A stretch of 63,377 bases of DNA, filler included, from Reticulomyxa filosa (Eukaryota; Protista; Foraminifera): the NCBI GenBank assembly GCA_000512085.1. It is 17 parts of 17 records of this genome, joined end to end, with 100 filler letters (N's around TTAATTAATTAA, not from the genome) between each part and the next. Parts side by side here need not be neighbours in the genome. Positions count along the whole stretch, not along the records: positions 61,097 to 63,377 come from ASPP01001427.1; 16 more parts are not named here. One strand, given 5' to 3'. The notes below the pieces were generated by a model. It was given only the letters and a program-made list of their open reading frames with translations, was not told the origin of the DNA and did no database searches. Of the stretch, positions 61,641-63,377 are shown in pieces. Positions within the stretch are counted from its first letter, which is position 1. Every line of letters starts with the position of its first letter. The position numbers and the translations under genes are program-made.

Positions 61641-63377
61641 TTTAACAAAAATAGTAAAATTGATGAAAATTTTGCACAAAGCACCGGACGTTGATGTTCG
61701 TTGATTGATTAATTTACTTGTTATTATCAATATCACATAAATTAATTTACACGATTTTGTCGAATTACTTAATCCCCAATTGTATACGATAACTTGGATC
61801 TTTTCTTCACAAAAAATAATAAAAAAGGTAACATACTTTATGAAAGCTTGTAATTTTACAAACGTCAACTTCTTTATCTTTTTTTACAAATGCACTGGGA
61901 CAACAATCTTGATAATTTTTCTTCTAATATGTTGTAAATAGAAATTCTCATTTATGGTCAATTTCTTTATGATCATTAGACATTTTTTGATTTTTCTGCT
62001 GTTGATTCAATGAATAGCAAAATACGAATTTTAATCTGGACAAAAAAAAATCCTTCGAATGTGATTTATTAAATTAACTATGTAAAACAGTTTTACTTTC
62101 TTTGGCATCATTCATTTCATAATGTAGACTATCTTTGATTTGCCAATTCCAAATTAATAACTATTTGAAAATTCTTTTTTGCGTTGCATTGCATAAATAC
62201 AAAACAAACATTTTTTGTGTGATTTTTTTTTTCGAAAGACACTTGGAACTATACAATCTTTTGTCTAACGTACTATTACTGCAAGACTATCCGGGAGCGT
62301 GGATAATATGTTCAATAGTTTTGGAGCACTTAATCGAAACAAAGTGAAAGAAAGTGATGATAGAAAACAATAAATAAATAAAGTTATGCGAATACGCATG
62401 AAAAATTGTACAAATGTTGACTTAAATTGCTTCTAATATCACAAAAACATTTATGGTTTAAATTCATTAATGATGCAATTGTATTAATTATATAGTTATA
62501 AACTAATTTTTTGACTGTAACAATTTTTTTTAGAATTGATTAAAACAATTGTACATATTGTTTTATTTTTTAACTTATTGTTTTTAAAGCTTTTTCAGAA
62601 AGTACATATATAGATATTTTTTGAAATAAAAAAAAAGATTATGTATAAGAAGAAAATTGATCATATATATAAAGTGATGTTTCATTTGTAAAATTTCTTT
62701 TTCAAATATGCAAAATCTTATTTAAAACTAATTATGTAATTAGTCATAACGATTTGTAAACAGATCATAAAAGCAACTTTCTTTTAATAAAACTCAGGAT
62801 CCAGGTAAAACTAATTTGTTGAATCCTTAAAATCAATTATATATGATTTGTGAAATAATAATTATGGTATAGAAAAGCAAAATTGAGGACATAGAGTTTA
62901 ATTTAAAAAAATGAAAATTGAAAACAAATAAAATAATATAAAAATTAATTAGTAGTATTTTTAAAAGTGATATGTTTAAATAAATTAATTTTGAAAAATT
63001 TTTTGAAAATAATATGTACTGAAAAATCGCAAAATAAAGAAATTAATTTATAATGTATTTTAAATTGTCAATACAGAAAAATAAAATTAAAAAATGTTTT
63101 TTGATTTGAGAAAAAGATACTTACAAATAGTGAAAATTTTTTTTTAATAAAAGGGACAAAGTGCTTGAAAAAACTCTTTTAATTTTACTTTTGTTTTTTG
63201 TTATTCACGTTCTTTTATACGTTACGAAAAATTGCAATGAATGGCATCAATCGTGTTCGTTAACTGATAATAGCCAAAACACAAGCACGAGCCAAATGTC
63301 AATTCTTAATAAAAAAAGACATACTTAAAGATTTTCATGAAGCTTCAGCCAAAGATATTGATGAACTGAATAGTAAC

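Noticed and set aside
61900-63377. Very AT-rich terminal stretch
   Set aside because: No ORF, repeat unit or RNA structure could be supported.

Overview
This is not one locus. It is 17 unrelated contigs joined by 16 artificial 100-nt linkers (44 N + TTAATTAATTAA + 44 N), so adjacency across a linker has no biological meaning. Most contigs are from an AT-rich, intron-rich eukaryote. The Gly-rich, TRAF/RING, WD40 and Kelch families and a divergent alpha-tubulin suggest a foraminiferan such as Reticulomyxa filosa (inference). Recognisable genes are a 7TM-RGS protein, TRAPPC6, a calpain, mitochondrial L16, FCP1 CTD phosphatase, TATDN1, a beta-hydroxyacid dehydrogenase, WD40 and coiled-coil proteins. 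One contig (49104-52624) is clearly bacterial and carries tRNA-Ser(TGA), a decayed P4-type integrase, an IS5-family end, a lipoprotein and a PAP2. The most interesting signals are: (1) two intron-containing gene copies full of nonsense codons at Gln/Arg-like positions with few or no indels, biased to CAG and CGA, which suggests targeted C-to-T hypermutation (methylation- or RIP-like) rather than a variant genetic code; (2) a GVIN/VLIG-like GTPase C-terminus with a bacterial-type YfaP/DUF2135-like domain inserted into it; (3) introns that are pyrimidine-rich at the 5' end and have an oligo-A tract before the 3' AG. All family calls are by eye from motifs; no searches were run.
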